A model generated the notes under the pieces. It was given only the letters and a program-made list of their open reading frames with translations, was not told the origin of the DNA and made no database searches. This document shows positions 14,848 to 31,299 of a DNA stretch of 64,000 bases, one piece after another. This DNA comes from the human T2T-CHM13v2.0 reference genome, Homo sapiens. Numbering within the stretch: the stretch's first letter is position 1; each line of letters opens with the position of its first letter. A program made the translations under genes and the position numbers. The stretch is from the NCBI RefSeq assembly GCF_009914755.1, contig NC_060926.1; one strand, given 5' to 3'.

Positions 14848-15689
14848 GCACTTGTCAAGTTTTGGTGTAGTATTAAAGAAGAATAGCCACAATTATCTAA
14901 AAAAGCTACTGAAAATACTTCAATACTTCTTCCAACTACAATTATGTATAAAGCCAGATTTTCTTCAATCAAAAAAGTATCACAATAGACTGAATATATA
15001 AGTTGAGAATGTAGCTGTTTTCCATTCAGCAAGACAGAGATTTGCAAAAATGTACAACAGTGCCACTCTATTTTTTTCTTTGATTTGTTAAAATTGTTAT
15101 TTTTCCTTACAAAGTGTTATTTGTGTTTGTATTAATGGGTTTATTATTTTTAAATTAATTCTTTTTTTAAAAAGTCTCAGTTTTGTACGGTAAATGCATG
15201 AACACACAAAAGCTCTTTATGGTTCTCAATTCTGAAGAATGCTCAAAATGTTTGAGCACCCCTGCCACATGTCTTAAATTGTATCTTAGAGAGTAGATGA
15301 ATTACCTTTATCAGTTGAACTGAGCTATGTCAAATCATTTTAAAACCTCATTGCTGAGCAGTTTTAACTCAAAATCTGCATGAATAAAAACAGCTACCAT
15401 AATTTTTGGCATCATATAATCAAAACAAATCAAAACTGCACTGAATGAATTCTTTCCTATGTTCATGTCATATACACATAATCATTTTCTCTTTTAAGAT
15501 GTTCTCGTGTCTCAAACCTTTGATTGGTTGTTTTAAGTCACAGAGTCCTTTAGAATCTGATTAAACGTATGGATCCCCCACCCCACCACACACACAAACC
15601 AACTTTGCATAAAATGTCATGGAGTTCATTATGCTCTAGCAGCTTTGTGACTGACCTATTGTATACAGTGAGCAAACCCATCATCTGTC

Positions 15690-16445
15690 AGCTGAAACAA
15701 AATACATCTGCTTGCTACAGAGTGGGGACAGGGAGTGGGCATCATTTCGTAAGCAGATCCATGGGAGGCGTTTTGGAGGCAGTGACATTTCAGCTGATAT
15801 ATAACTGGTAAAAAGTAAGCCTCACAGAAATCTGGCATAAGTACATTTCACGTGGAAGAAATAGCAAGTGCCAAAGTCCTGGGGCGGGAGTGAATTTGGT
15901 GTATTGAATGAGCTAAAAGGAGAAGTGCTGGAACAGTGTGAGCCAGAGGTAAATGACGTCCAAGAGGAAGACAGGTTCTAGGTCCCATACAGGGTTTTGC
16001 AGACCAGAGGGCAGAGCTTGGATTTTATTTTAACTGCAATAGGAACCCACTAAAGAGTTTAAGCAGGGTAATGATATGGATATTATCGTGATTTTTCAAA
16101 GATCACTGTCAAGAATGTAGAAAATGAGGAAGGGGTGATGATGCCAAAAAGGGAAGACCAGCTATGAACCTATCACAATAGTATGAGCAGAGATAATACA
16201 ATGATGGCTTGGAACAAACTATAAACTGTAGAAAATTCAGAAAAAAGGTGGAAAAATTCAAGATTCAGGACACATTTTGAGGCAGAACTGACAGAACTTA
16301 GCGATGTGGGATAAGCAACCTAGCAGTAACTGGTACCATTTACTGTGATGAAGATTACCCAGGCAGGAAAAGGCTGAAGAGGAGGATGATCAAGAGGTCA
16401 GCTCTGAACACACCAACTTTAAAATGCCTTTTCTTTCATCATCCA
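15690..16445. mobile_element. L2 fragment
   Basis: Degenerate GGATTTTATTTTAACTGCAATAGGAACCCACTAAAGAGTTTAAGCAGGG...AAAGATCACT typical of L2. Confidence 0.6.
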
Positions 16446-16843
16446 AACAGACGTATCTGGTAGGCAACAGGTTCCATCTCCTACCCCCCATCCTCCTGCT
16501 GGATATCCCTCGTATAACAGATCTGTTTTTCCAGGAACAAAATTGGGACCCAAAACATAGCTGCCTCCCAGACAACCTTAGCCCTTGAAGTAATACACAA
16601 GGTTATTTTCATATATGCTCAAATTTCCGAATGTATTTGTTCATGTCAGACAGTAACATACTCATAACTGGAAATAATTAAAAGATTAATTCAAAGGAGA
16701 CTATATTTTCCCTGTCTCATAGGCAATTAAACTAAGACACTTAATCTCTCAACTGATTTCTCCTGAACAAGAAATAAGAGATAAAAATCTAATCTTCTGA
16801 CCTGTAAGCCAGGGCCATCACATGGATATAATTTCACAATAAC

Positions 16844-17282
16844 TGTTATGCACTGAATTGTGTCCCCCAAAAAGATGTTTGAGTCTTCACCCCTCAGTTA
16901 CTGTGAATGTGACCTAATTTGGAAAAAGAGGCTCTAGACGATCAAGTTAAGATGAGAACATTAGGGTGAGCCCTTAATATAAGTGGTATTCGTATGAAAA
17001 GAGGAAATTTGACACAGAGAGAAGCAAGCACTCAAGGAAGAATGCCAGGTGTACATGAAAGCAAAGACCAGAGTGATACATCTCCAAGTCAAGGAACAGC
17101 AAAGATTGCTAGGGGAAAGGCAAGGAGCAGATTCTCCCTCACAGCCCACAGAAGGAACCAACCCTGTCATCATCTTGATCTTAGACTCCTAGCCTACAGA
17201 ACTAGAGAGACAATACATTTCTGTTGTTCTAAGCCACCCAGTTTTTGGTTCTTTGCTATGGCAGCCTTAGGAAACTAATATA
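16844..17282 (+). mobile_element. MLT1-type MaLR solo LTR
   Basis: TGTTATGCACTGAATTGTGTCCCC...TAAGCCACCCAGTTT...GGAAACTAATA. Confidence 0.82.
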
Positions 17283-17635
17283 ATAACTGTAAGACCTATA
17301 CTTTCACAATTTTGAGTCTAGATTCAAAATTTAACTGGAAAATTTAAAAACATCTATTTGAATTATATAAAAGGCATTAATTTTTTTCCTCCAATTTGGC
17401 AAAGCTGTCTACTAAGCTTTGTAACTTGGACAAGTCATCCTCTTTGAGCTTTGGTTTTCTTATTTGTAAATTAAGACACAGTTTTAAAGATCAAACTAAG
17501 ATAATGTACAATAGGTTACTTTGCAGACTTTGAAAGTTACACAAACATCAAGTACCATTATTATCAACAAGATTACATGATTGTTATCTAGTAAAAAATA
17601 CAGTTGTACTATATACATCAAACCGTAATTACTTA

Positions 17636-17746
<111 letters not shown>

Positions 17747-19411
17747 TCACACCCAATATTTCATCCAAGGCCCAACACTACCATATTTCTCACTTTCTCA
17801 AAGCAGAAGGTATTAAGGATGCATTCATTTGAAAGGCTGTTACTCCCTGGTTAAATATTGTACCATAACATACCTGATGATTTTAAATAGTAACCACCAA
17901 ACTGGGTACAAGTTGTAATACATTTTAAAATGTATTTTCTAGAAAGTTGGAGACAGGAACAATTTTGTTCAAGTATCTCTAAACCTCTTAAGGCAAAACC
18001 AACTACTGGCTGCTTCTTTCAACTACTAAGGTGTATCTTCCCCTTATGATTCAAAGTGTAGACCATATACCTCAAAATGTGTCCCACACGTAGAATGACC
18101 ATATAACGTATCATCCAAATGAGAAAACTTCTGAGAGTGAAGAGGAGTGATAATTGAATAGGATGCTGGGACAACAGGAATAAACCAGGACTGCCCCAGA
18201 CAAACCAGGATATCTAGTCATTTTGACCGTAAGAATCCAAGGTTTCCCAATTAAAAAAAACATGTGTTTCTTACTACTGTAAAGTAGCCATCAATTTTTC
18301 ACAGATATATTGTGAAAAATGCAGCCATTCTTTCAGTTCACAGAAAGTTAATTGTTCTTTAAGCAAATGTAAACAGAAATCATCAGATTAGCAGTGTGTC
18401 TGCAGATAGAATGAAGTTCCCTGCAGTGAGTGAGCAAAGAGACACAGAAACAAAATATTTCTAATACTGTCCATCAAAATACCTGCTACATTTGTTAATC
18501 CTAACAAAGTAATGATACTAATAAATACACACCAAGACATTATACTCAATGGATGTAATGTACCCAGAGAAGTAAAGCCTTTTAAATGATGAGCACTTTT
18601 TCTGCTTGGTTTATTATACTAACTCTAAAACCTTTAGATATTTACACCATTATTATTAAATTACCTCTGTACACATACCACGTATCAATAAAAACAATTC
18701 TTCACATTTCTTGAAAGATTGAAAGTATCACACTGCACATCTTAATAGATATGAACATTCAAGTGAAATTGAGATTTTCAGAAAGATTGCGAAAAACAGT
18801 ACACACCCACAATGTTATTCTCAAGATACTGAAAATGGTGCTCACTGACGTTACAAAACCTATTACTTTTTAAAAACTCACCATGTCTGATTTTTGTATC
18901 ACAGTATGTAAAACGTACAGATAAAAATATGACTTGTGACTCTGCCAATAAACATGATCTCTTTTAACATTCATACTGTGTCTATAATTTTTGTTATTTG
19001 ACCTAGCAAACCTAACCTCCTTTTCCCCATCAAGTGTACTGAATTCTATTTCGTGGCAAGCTCCTCCTATCATAATATCCTTCCTTTACCTCTTTTATTA
19101 CATCGCCCTGGCCAAACCTCCACCTTCAGGTTGCTCTCTACCTTGAAAGAAGTCCATTCAGTTTCCTAGCACCTTGGATTCCCTATCCAGCCCAGGCCAG
19201 AGTTAACTATTTCCAAGCCACCTTCACCACTACCTAATTGTGCTGACCTCTTAGACACTCATGGATGCCAATCTATAATGCTAGATAGGCCCCAGAGTCT
19301 ACTTCTTCCCTGCCCACTCAGGCTGCGAATAACCACTATTAAAAAAAGAAAAAAAAAAAAAAAAAGGAAAGAAAGATGAATAAACTTCTCTCTATAAATT
19401 CATTTGGTAGC

Positions 19412-19908
<497 letters not shown>

Positions 19909-20967
19909 AAATTTATTTGGTAGCCTCTTCATGTTTGTATCTCTACCAAAGTAATGTATTCAATATTCTATAAATAAACAAACAAATGAATAGATGGCTA
20001 TTCAAAACAATCTCTATGCTTCCTCATCTCATTAACTTTACTGGAACTTAATGGTGTAAGTTTTTTAACACCTAAATACATTTTTATCTCTTCACCAGTC
20101 ATCTTACCCTTCCTAGAGTCTAAGAGGAAAATTCGATCTCCTTTAGTCACTCTTCCTAAAATGTGCTACTCTACCTATAGTTCCCATATCTTTTCTGCCT
20201 CCCAAAGCACTAGATATTCATAATACTTGCCTTTCTTCTCTCATTTGCATCTACACATGAACAGGTAATCTCTCCTTTGACACAGAAAAAACACAGTTTT
20301 GATCATACCTCCCATTCTACCTTCTGCTCCATCTCTTCCCTTTCTTGAACAGATAAAAGTTCTTAAATGAGTGCTCCATACCAGCTACTCCCATCTCCTC
20401 ACCTTCCTAGCTTTAACTCCCTCCACTCTGCTGAAACTGTTCTCCAAAGCATTTTTGGTCCCCTTCTCTCTGACCACTCTGGGAAACAGCACTGACCTCA
20501 TCTTCTTTCCTGAAACCTTTCCTTCCACCGCATTTTAATATTTTTATACACATTGATCTGCCTATTTCAGCATTTCCTTAGCTGCTTTTCCTACCTCTCC
20601 ATGTAGGCATACCCCCAGGATGCAGTCCGTAGCCTTCCGGCTTTCTCTGGCAATACTTGACTCAACGCCTTGATTCTGTTTCTCAACTTTAAATTTCCTT
20701 CCTAAGATGACTGAACTCTTTAGCTATAGTTCTTAACCTTCACTCTAGCAATAAGGTGCTATCACATATTAGTAATGATTTAACATGTGGGAATAATTGA
20801 TCAGTTGTACTAATTATTCTAATTAGTGAGTTAGAATATATATTTGTGTTGCTGTTAACGGATAAGGAAAGATAATGGAAATGTGAATGAGAAGTATGTG
20901 CACTTGTGTGTATTGGGGGAGGGAACAAGAAGGAAGTGTGTGAGCCAAGCTGAGAGAGAAGGGAGTG

Positions 20968-21145
20968 CCAAATTCAGTGGCACATGCCTGCAATCCCAGC
21001 TACTCAGGAGGCTGAGGCAGGAGGAAAGCTTGAGCCCAAGAGTTCAGGGCTATAGTGTGCCATGATCGTGCCTGTGAATAGCCACTGCGCTCCAGCCTGG
21101 ACAACACAACAAGAACATGTATCTTTAGAAAAACTTTTTTAAAAA
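20968..21145 (+). mobile_element. FAM/FRAM-like Alu monomer
   Basis: Contains the 7SL-like GCCTGTGAATAGCCACTGC segment. Confidence 0.7.
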
Positions 21146-22421
21146 ATTATTACAACTAGGAGATACCTATCAAGAATATAAATGCATCCAACTTTAACTC
21201 AGCTATTCCACTGCCAGGAATTTGTCCTTCAGCAACACTAGATACTTGCAAAAATGAAACTTTCAAACATCAAAGATATCTAGACAAGATTCTAAAACCT
21301 TCCAGAGATTTAAGAAATAATAAAATTAAATGTCATACTTTTTTTAAAAAAAGGAATCAGGATAGCATAAGACTTCTCAAGGGTAATAAGAGATGCTACA
21401 GAACTGTGGAACGAGGCCTTCAAAATAATTCTTGACAATTATTTTGTACTTTGAATTCTACATCCACTAACTTCCACTGTCAAAGTTAACAGTAGTAAGA
21501 AAATTCATCTTTGAGAATAGTTAGGAAGTTAATAACATCTAAAATGGAAAAAAAAATAAATAGCAATATAAACATATTTGGAAATGTAGAGGTACATGCT
21601 TGTAAAACTAAAAAAAAGACAAAAGATGTTTCTGATGCATAGAACTCAGGGGTGATGAAGGATGAAGCAAAGAATGTTTTCATTAATAGTCTGTCCTATT
21701 GACTCTGTCAACTACGTTCATGTATAACTTTATTTAAAAACATTTTAAATGTAAAGGCACATGACATCAGTATCACTCCAGCACTGCTTGTTACAGCAAA
21801 AGACCACAAACAACCTAAATGTTTCCAATAAGGAAATGGTTAAATGAATCATGCAACAACTACATGGTGTTTAGTATCTGCTTATCTGAGGCAGTACAAT
21901 GCTTATATGAACATAGAACCTCTTGAAGGATACACAAGAAACTGATAATTATAAGTTACTGAAGAAGATTCACACTTATCTGTCGTTCATTTAACAAATA
22001 CTGAATGGCCATATACTGTGTTATTTTAATTCTTTTCACACACTGTTTACCATTAAAAAAAAATTTACTATTAAAAAGTTCTTCACAATCTGTAACACCT
22101 AAGCCATGCAACCTTTTCTCTCATTGCTCCTCAACAAAAACTCTGCTGTGGTCAGGCCAGTGTCTCTTACAACTATTATTAGCCTATGTCCATCTCTTGG
22201 ATTTCAGCCTCCAGCCATCACTTCTGCAAAATTCATGCCATGTAACATCTAAAGAACAAAGTTGACTGTGTTCCACTCTTTTCTAAGGGTCTTATAATCT
22301 GGCCAATTAATTACATAAACCAAATTAATATGACTTAAAAGATGTACAAAATGCTCTAAAGTTACAAAGAAGAGAGCATCTAGTTGGGGTTCTGGGATTC
22401 AATGTTGAAAACCAAATATTT

Positions 22422-22640
22422 GGCGGGGGGGGGGGGGTTGTTTTTGTTTTTTTTGAAACAAGATCTTGCTCTGTCGCCCAGGCTGGAGTACAGTGGCATG
22501 ATCACAGCTCACTGAGCTTTGAACTCCTGAGCTGAAGAAATCCTCCCATCTCAGCCTCCCACATAGCTGAGACTACAGGTGCACACCACCATACCTGGCT
22601 AATTTTTTGTAGAGGTGGGGTTTTGCCATGTTGCCCAGGC
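22422..22640 (-). mobile_element. 5'-truncated AluJ with G13 in tail region
   Basis: TSD TTGAAAAC(C/T)AAATATTT at 22405-22421 and 22641-22657. Confidence 0.85.
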
Positions 22641-22661
22641 TTGAAAACTAAATATTTTGTA

Positions 22662-23071
22662 CAGATGATCCCTGACTCACAATGGTTCGACTCACAATTT
22701 TTTAGCTTTATTATCCTGCAAATGTAATACACATTCAATAGAAATCACACTTTGAACTTTGATCTTTTCCCAGGCTAGCAATATGCAGTACAATGCTGGG
22801 CCACAGCAGGAAGTCATTCTGTTTTTCACTTTTAGTATGGTATTCAATAAATTACATGAGCTATTAAACACTTTATTATAAAATAGGCTTTGTGTTAGAT
22901 GATTTAACCCAACTGGGCTAATGTTAGTGTTCTGGGCATGTTTAAGGTAGGCTGGGCTATGCTATGATGTTTGGTAGGGTATGTATATTAAATATATTTT
23001 TGACATACAATATTTTAAACTTACTATGGGTTGATCCAGACATAACCCCATCTCAAGTTCAGGAGCATCTG
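22662..23071 (-). mobile_element. MER47-like Tigger MITE
   Basis: TA-CAGATG...CATCTG-TA inverted termini; internal sequence matches the recalled MER47A. Confidence 0.75.
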
Positions 23072-23468
23072 TATTTTAACTTCCTGATTTTCTATTTCTC
23101 TTGTCTTGAAATTAGACTCCAGCCCTAAGACAAGAGATCTTAACTTTCATTTTTTCTGAGCTCCCCAACCCACCATTACCTACCTAGCATGGTGCTAGAT
23201 TAACTGCAGGATTTCAATAAGTTCTTAGTGAATGAACCAAATGGAAGCCTATATACAAAAATGCATTTGTATTAACAATTCCATTTTATCCTTACCCTAT
23301 TTTCTGTTTGATATACATATATATTAGATAGAAAAAATCCAAACAAATAAGAGAAGACATTTGCATGGTAACAGGATTTCTGTACCTTGAAAATTCAGCT
23401 ACTCTACTTTTTCCCCATCTACAGTCATACTTCTGTAACTTTACATGTAGTTGATTTAGAAAGATCAG

Positions 23469-24430
23469 TGTGGGGAAAAGCAAGAGAGATCAGATTGTTA
23501 CTGTGTCTGTATAGAAAGAAGTAGACATAGGAGACTCCATTTTATTCTGTACTAAGAAAAATTCTTCTGCCTTGAGATTCTGTTAATCTATGACCCTACC
23601 CCCAACCCGGTGCTCTCTGAAACATGTGCTGTGTCAAACTCAAGGGTTAAATGGATTAAGGGTTGTGCAAGATGTGCTTTGTTAAACAGATGCTTGAAGG
23701 CAGCTTGCTCCTTAAGAGTCATCACCACTCCCTAATCTCAAGTACCCAGGGACACAAACACTGCGGAAGGACCCCTGCCTAGGAAAGCCAGGTATTGTCC
23801 AAGGTTTCTCCCCATGTGATAGTCTGAAATATGGCCTTGTGGGAAGGGAAAGACCTGACCGTCCCCCAGCCCGACACCCGTAAAGGGTCTGTGCTGAGGA
23901 GGATTAGTATAAGAGGAAGGCAAGCCTCTTGCAGTTGAGACAAGAGGAAGGCATCTGTCTCCTGCCCGTCCCTGGGCAATGGAATGTCTCAGTATAAAAC
24001 CCGATTGTAGGTTCCATCTACTGAGATAGGGAAAAACCGCCTTAGGGCTGGAGGTGGGACGTGCGGGCAGCAATACTGCTTTGTAAAGCATTGAGATGTT
24101 TCTGTGTATGCATATCTAAAAGCACAGTACTTAATCCTTTACCTTGTCTATGTTGCAAAGACCTTTGTTCACGTGTTTGTCTGCTGACCCTCTCCCCACT
24201 ATTGTCTTGTGACCCTGACACATCCCCCTCTCGGAGAAACACCCATGAATGATCAATAAATACTAAGGGAACTCAGAGGCTGGCGGGATCCTCCATATGC
24301 TGAACGCTGGTTCCCTGGGTCCCCTTATTTCTTTCTCTATACTTTGTATCTGTGTCTTTTTCTTTTCCAAGTCTCTCGTTCCACCTTACGAGAAACACCC
24401 ACAGGTGTGGAGGGGCAACCCACCCCTTCA
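23469..24430 (+). mobile_element. HERV-K(HML-2) solo LTR (LTR5, LTR5_Hs-like), 962 bp, antisense in BARD1 intron 1
   Basis: TGTGGGGAAAAGCAAGAGAG...CACCCCTTCA; perfect 6-bp TSD GATCAG (23463-23468, 24431-24436); TATAAAA at 23993, AATAAA at 24255. Confidence 0.96.
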
Positions 24431-25458
24431 GATCAGTGCTGTCAGAGGATAACTTAGGGAAGAATTAAGTAGTGAGAACAATTTTTTTTAAAGTTCTTAC
24501 TGATACAAAATTTTCTTCGAAAAGAAAAAAAGGAAGGTAAATCCATCTGAGATGATAATACCAAGGCAGATCTATTTCTTAATAGAATGGCTCCCCTGTA
24601 TCTCCATGAAATATCAACTGCTATTTAATATTAGGCAAGACAGCTCCCAAAGTGCTCTTACATTTTAAAGAATCCTCAAGGTAATTTTAACGTGTGGACC
24701 AACATGTTGAACATCTAAATGTGCAGGCTCACCAAGCCAATTAAACAATTTTTCTTGTGTTTATCTTTAGAAGAATAAAGTGTTTAACAAGTAAAGTATA
24801 TGGATAATGACATGGAACCTATAGGGGATTCTTAGCAATTCATGTAAATTAACTAGATCTTCTGGTATTACCACTTGCAAAGGCCCTTCAAATGTGATCC
24901 TACCTTAACCTAAGTTCTTTCATACATCAATTTAACATACACTAAGAAACTATGTGTCTGGCATTGTGGCTACAAACGTGAACCTAGTTTTACTAAATAT
25001 ATAACTGAAGGAGACAGACATCACTCAAAATATTCCATAAATAAATAAATCTCACAAATAAATTCTAACTTGGAAGATACGATACAAGCTGAACACCAAT
25101 GATTTGTGCCTTTTCTGTATGTATGTTAAACTTCATCCAGTGGACACAAATAACTATGAAATCTGCAAACTGGAGAGAACTTTACAAATCAACGAGTCCA
25201 TTTTCCTCATTTTATAGATGAGGAACCAGAGTCCAGGAAAGCTATACAAATTGCTCTCTTTAGGAAGTTAACTATATAAACCAACTGAGTATTCTGTTGT
25301 TAGGCTACTATCACTGATTTGACCCTGTCTTAACTCTCTGTTCACCTGACCCAGTCCCCCTTTACCCTACAATTCTTTATAGCTAGTTATTTGCAAATAA
25401 CACCCATCACCCCAGCTCCCTGCAACCTGGCTCCATTTTAAAAATCTATTCGCATCTC

Positions 25459-25752
<294 letters not shown>

Positions 25753-26089
25753 CTATTCATATTTCAATTTAAAAGCCCATGAAGCTTCCTTCCACTGGCC
25801 CTACCCAAGTACTCTTCTCAGCACTATGTCGACCTGCACGACAATTTACCCTGAACTTGTATTTATTTTATCCCTTATAATTAAGCATACACTCCTTAAA
25901 GGCAGAAGTAGAAAATGCATCACCTTATCACCCCTTACACAGTGTCTCAGTGATTTCTCGTTATTCTAATGAATAACCAGTGCCAGGGAGAAATCATTCC
26001 ATTTGGGGATCACTGCTCTGTGAGAATGCCTCTGAACATTCAAAACTCATGAAGAAAGGCAAAAGCTGAACCCGGAGTCAGAGAACCTA

Positions 26090-26290
26090 TCCTTTATTTC
26101 ACAAATATTCATATAGTATTTAGTACATAACAGACACAGCTCAAGGCATCTTATGAATATCCACTCATTTTGTGCAGATGAAGAAAAGGAAGCATAAAAA
26201 GATAAAATAACCTAAATAATGGAGCCAGGATTTGAACCCAGGGAATCTAACTCCAGATTCCACACATTTAACATCTACACTATGCTGCCT
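26090..26290. mobile_element. MIR fragment
   Basis: CATTTTGTGCAGATGAAGAAA...GGAGCCAGGATTTGAACCCAGG MIR core. Confidence 0.65.
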
Positions 26291-27169
26291 CAAAGTATGA
26301 GAGAATACAAAATTAAGCTTGATCATCTCCTAAACAAGAACTCAGAAAAAAAAAAATACCTATCATAAAGGTTAAAAGATTACTTTCTAACTTTTCATAA
26401 AAAGTTGATTAAAAAGGCCCACGTTACAATTGTCATAGATGTCTAATCCCACTCTCACCCTCAAAAATATGCCAAGAGGTACCTATTAATTCACAAAACA
26501 GTGTTATATGACACCTGGGGCTTCTACACTGCAGCTCCTATTACCATTTCCTGCTTCCTTTAGGAACACATTATTACTGTGCTTTCTGCCAGCCTCTCAA
26601 ATAATATGGTCTTCCTGTCTCATTTTTCCAAATCCTTAAATAGCTTCTTTCTGGTTGTGAGGCTTGGTCCTAATATAAATGTCACATCTGGCCTCTTGAA
26701 CACTTTCATCGGCTTCACCTTGAAGCCAGATTCATGTTAAAGGTCAAGAAAGGATGCCCGGTTATGTACCAATCCACCCTCACCAGCAAGTAATGCTTGC
26801 TGCAAAACAGATCCATGTGCAACACAAGGCAGATGTCAGCTGCAAGCTGAATGTGAGGGTAATCGGGGTAATCACTAGCCCACTGGGTAGAACTCTGAAA
26901 CTCTGTAAAAGGACATACTGACACAATTTCAAATAATATGACACTGCTTTGAATGGAGGGTAGCAAATGGAAGAAGCAGACCATTCTGAGTTGCTCCTTG
27001 CCGGCAATGTCAGGAGGCTACCAGGGCAAAGGCAGAGGTAGGAACAATGCTTTTCCTCCTTGAGTAAGGTGCAGCTGGCCATGCTTTTTTCACTATAGAT
27101 AGTGCCAAAGTTGCAGAGACACCTACAGAGGAAAGCAAAATCATTTCTAAACATTAAAGCCCATGTAAA

Positions 27170-27473
<304 letters not shown>

Positions 27474-28716
27474 GGCACCCCATGTGATATAAAATTGTAT
27501 ACCAAAAAGGATTTTTAAACTTGAGACATTAAGTTTATCAAGACTTTATCGACAGTTTAGCAACTATTGCCTGTGGGCCAAACCAAGCCAGCAGTCTGTT
27601 TCTGTACAGCCCTTAAGGAAAGAATGGTTTTTACATTTTTAAGAGATGTAAAAATAAATAAGAACAAAAACTATTTGCGGGCAGAAAGGCCTAAAATATT
27701 AATTACCTGGCCCTTTACCGAAAAAATTTGCAGACCCCTACATGAAAACATGCAGTCTAAGAGTTAAGATTCAGTTCATCTATAGAGGTTCGGATTAAAA
27801 AAAAAAAAATCAATAGCATTCAATAGCATTCTGTAGTCAAATGGGTGAGCCATGCTAAAAGTCTGGGCCTGGTTACTGATGTCTGTTTACACTCCGTTGC
27901 CTCTTACTGTCTACTCACTTCAGTTAGAAACTGGAAAAATATTTGGTAGGGGATAAAAAGTGAAACCGGCTTTGTTATTTTTCAGGACAACATATATTCA
28001 TATATATTATCTATTTTGTCTCTCCCAAATCATGTAGCAAGCAAACACCACATTCTTTTAGATTAAGACACACATTATTTATCATTTATTCTATCACAAC
28101 CACCAAACTCAATACTTTACATACATGTAAAATTTCATTTTGTTTCTTCCATAAAAGCTCCCTAAGAGATGGAATTTATTGTCTGCTTTGTTCACTAACA
28201 AATCCCCAATACCCAGAATAGGGTCTGGCACTTTATGGGTGCTCAATAAATTTATGATTATTAATGAATCCTCACAAGAAAATAAGCTAATCATTAGTAT
28301 TACTCATATCCGGAAAATGAGGCTCAGAGAGATGAATAACTTGGCCTACTCAATAGTGTCAAAGCTAGAACCTGAACTCAGGCATTCTGACCACAGTCTA
28401 AGTGAAGCCCTATGCTTCCACATAGGTATGTGCCAAGGGAATGTCTAACTTTCGTTGGACTATCAAGGTGTGAACTATAATGCTTCTGTTATTGCAACTA
28501 GCAGTGCCAGTTTTAAATTTCCTATTCTCAGATGACCCATGTGCTACAGGAAAACAAACACACAACTCAAATGTCTTCATGTACTCACTTATCTGAGTGT
28601 CACTTTTCTAAGAAGTGCAATGTCATTTTGTCACAGATATTAAAAGTTTTCGTCAAACAAAATATAAGTGCAAAACTCTGACAGTTAAGTCTTTTTCGTT
28701 TTTAAAGAAAAAGTTT

Positions 28717-29036
<320 letters not shown>

Positions 29037-29997
29037 TTATGCAACTAGGTAACTTAAGTTCTGCAAGTTAGAAATCAAAGGGGAAAAAAAGTCCAAAAAG
29101 GATATAAACTTTTGACAGCTACAAATAACAAAAAAACTGCCAGTGATCTTCATACAGAAATACTTAGCTGTACACACAGCAAGTGCTCAATAAAAATGCT
29201 TTTCAGAAGAAATGAAAATGAGACAAACCTTTCTTGGGTTTTACAAACCTTCTTGGTTTGTATACTAGAAAGAGCTACACGAAAAAAAGCAAGTAACACT
29301 CACGAAAATGTCTTTGGACGGAATGAAAACCCTGAGAGGACTCCCATAATGTGACAGCATGAAGGAAAACAATAAACAGCATCACTAAGAGCGGGGACAC
29401 CAGACATACAGTCTTTTGAGCAAACTAAGAAAATGAGAAATTCCGTGCCATCTTCAATCTACAACTATGGTAGATATCCGATGCTCCATCCCATCTCACT
29501 CGAAAAAGCTGGCACGGAGAAAATGTTAAAAAGGCCAGTTTAACTTAGAGTGGCAGCTGCTTCTAATTTAGAGGGTCTCCGGGGCGGCCCGCCAGCCCAA
29601 TGCGCCACAGCTCCCGGAAAGCAGCGGGGTAATCCAGGGCCGGGTAAAAAATGCAGAAGCCTCAGCCCCACCCCAGCCCGATTCAAACTCTGGAGGCGCG
29701 ACCGGGATGAACATTTTTTTAGCCACACCTCCAGACGGTTCTTCAGCCCGCTGAAGTTCAAAAACTACCGTTTCAGTTGGATTCAGGGCAAGGGGAGGCT
29801 GGTAAGTCGCCCAAAAATAAAGTGAATGAGAAGCAGAAGTTGTTAATACTATATCCCCCGGCAGGTGCTAACCGCACGCCGACCCGACTGCAGCGCGGGA
29901 ACGGAAGGAGGAAACGGAAGATTTGAAAAGATTCTGCCGCCCCCAGAAACTGGGCGACCCGTGCCCTCGCAGCCACCCCCAAGAAGCTCCGTCTTTA

Positions 29998-30716
<719 letters not shown>

Positions 30717-31299
30717 CGCCGTGCAGTGAGAGCACGCCGCTTGACCGAAGGGGCGGGGCCTGAAGGCTGAGCGCAGTCGCGAGGCTGTAGTTGGCAGGAG
30801 AGCGGGCGGGGCCTGAAGCCCCTCTGGGCTGCCTGGACGGATGAAGTCCAGGTGGAAAGCCAGTCGACGTTTCCCGGGAGCTACGACTCCAGGGACCCTC
30901 ATCCGAGCTTAACCGTTGGAACAATCACAAACCCAGAAACTTTTAGCTGAGTGTTATTTATAAAAAGCGCTGTTTTGACTACTGTTGGACTTGGAAAAGC
31001 TTTGCCCACGATACTGAAGGTACCACTCTTTGTTCCTAAGAAAGCAACCTTTTCTTTCCTCTCACCTCAGCTGTGGCGTATATTGTAACTGAGTAAAAAT
31101 AAGGAAAGTTTCTAATTCTAACTAGTTAACAAATATCAGCTCAAAGGCATGTCTGAAAAGATCTGGTTTACTTTTAAAATATTGGTATAAAATTTCAAAA
31201 AGGGTTTTTTTTGTTAGAGAGTGTGTCCACCTTCCTCCTCCAGATCTTTCACTGATCGCCGTAATTTACAGATAAGACCTACAGAGCAACCCGTCATGC

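Noticed and set aside
26715-27154. Overlapping 89- and 124-aa minus-strand ORFs in intron 1 (possible cryptic exon or retrogene)
   Set aside because: No recognisable protein similarity, poly(A) or TSD. Candidate splice sites exist but are unremarkable without RNA data.
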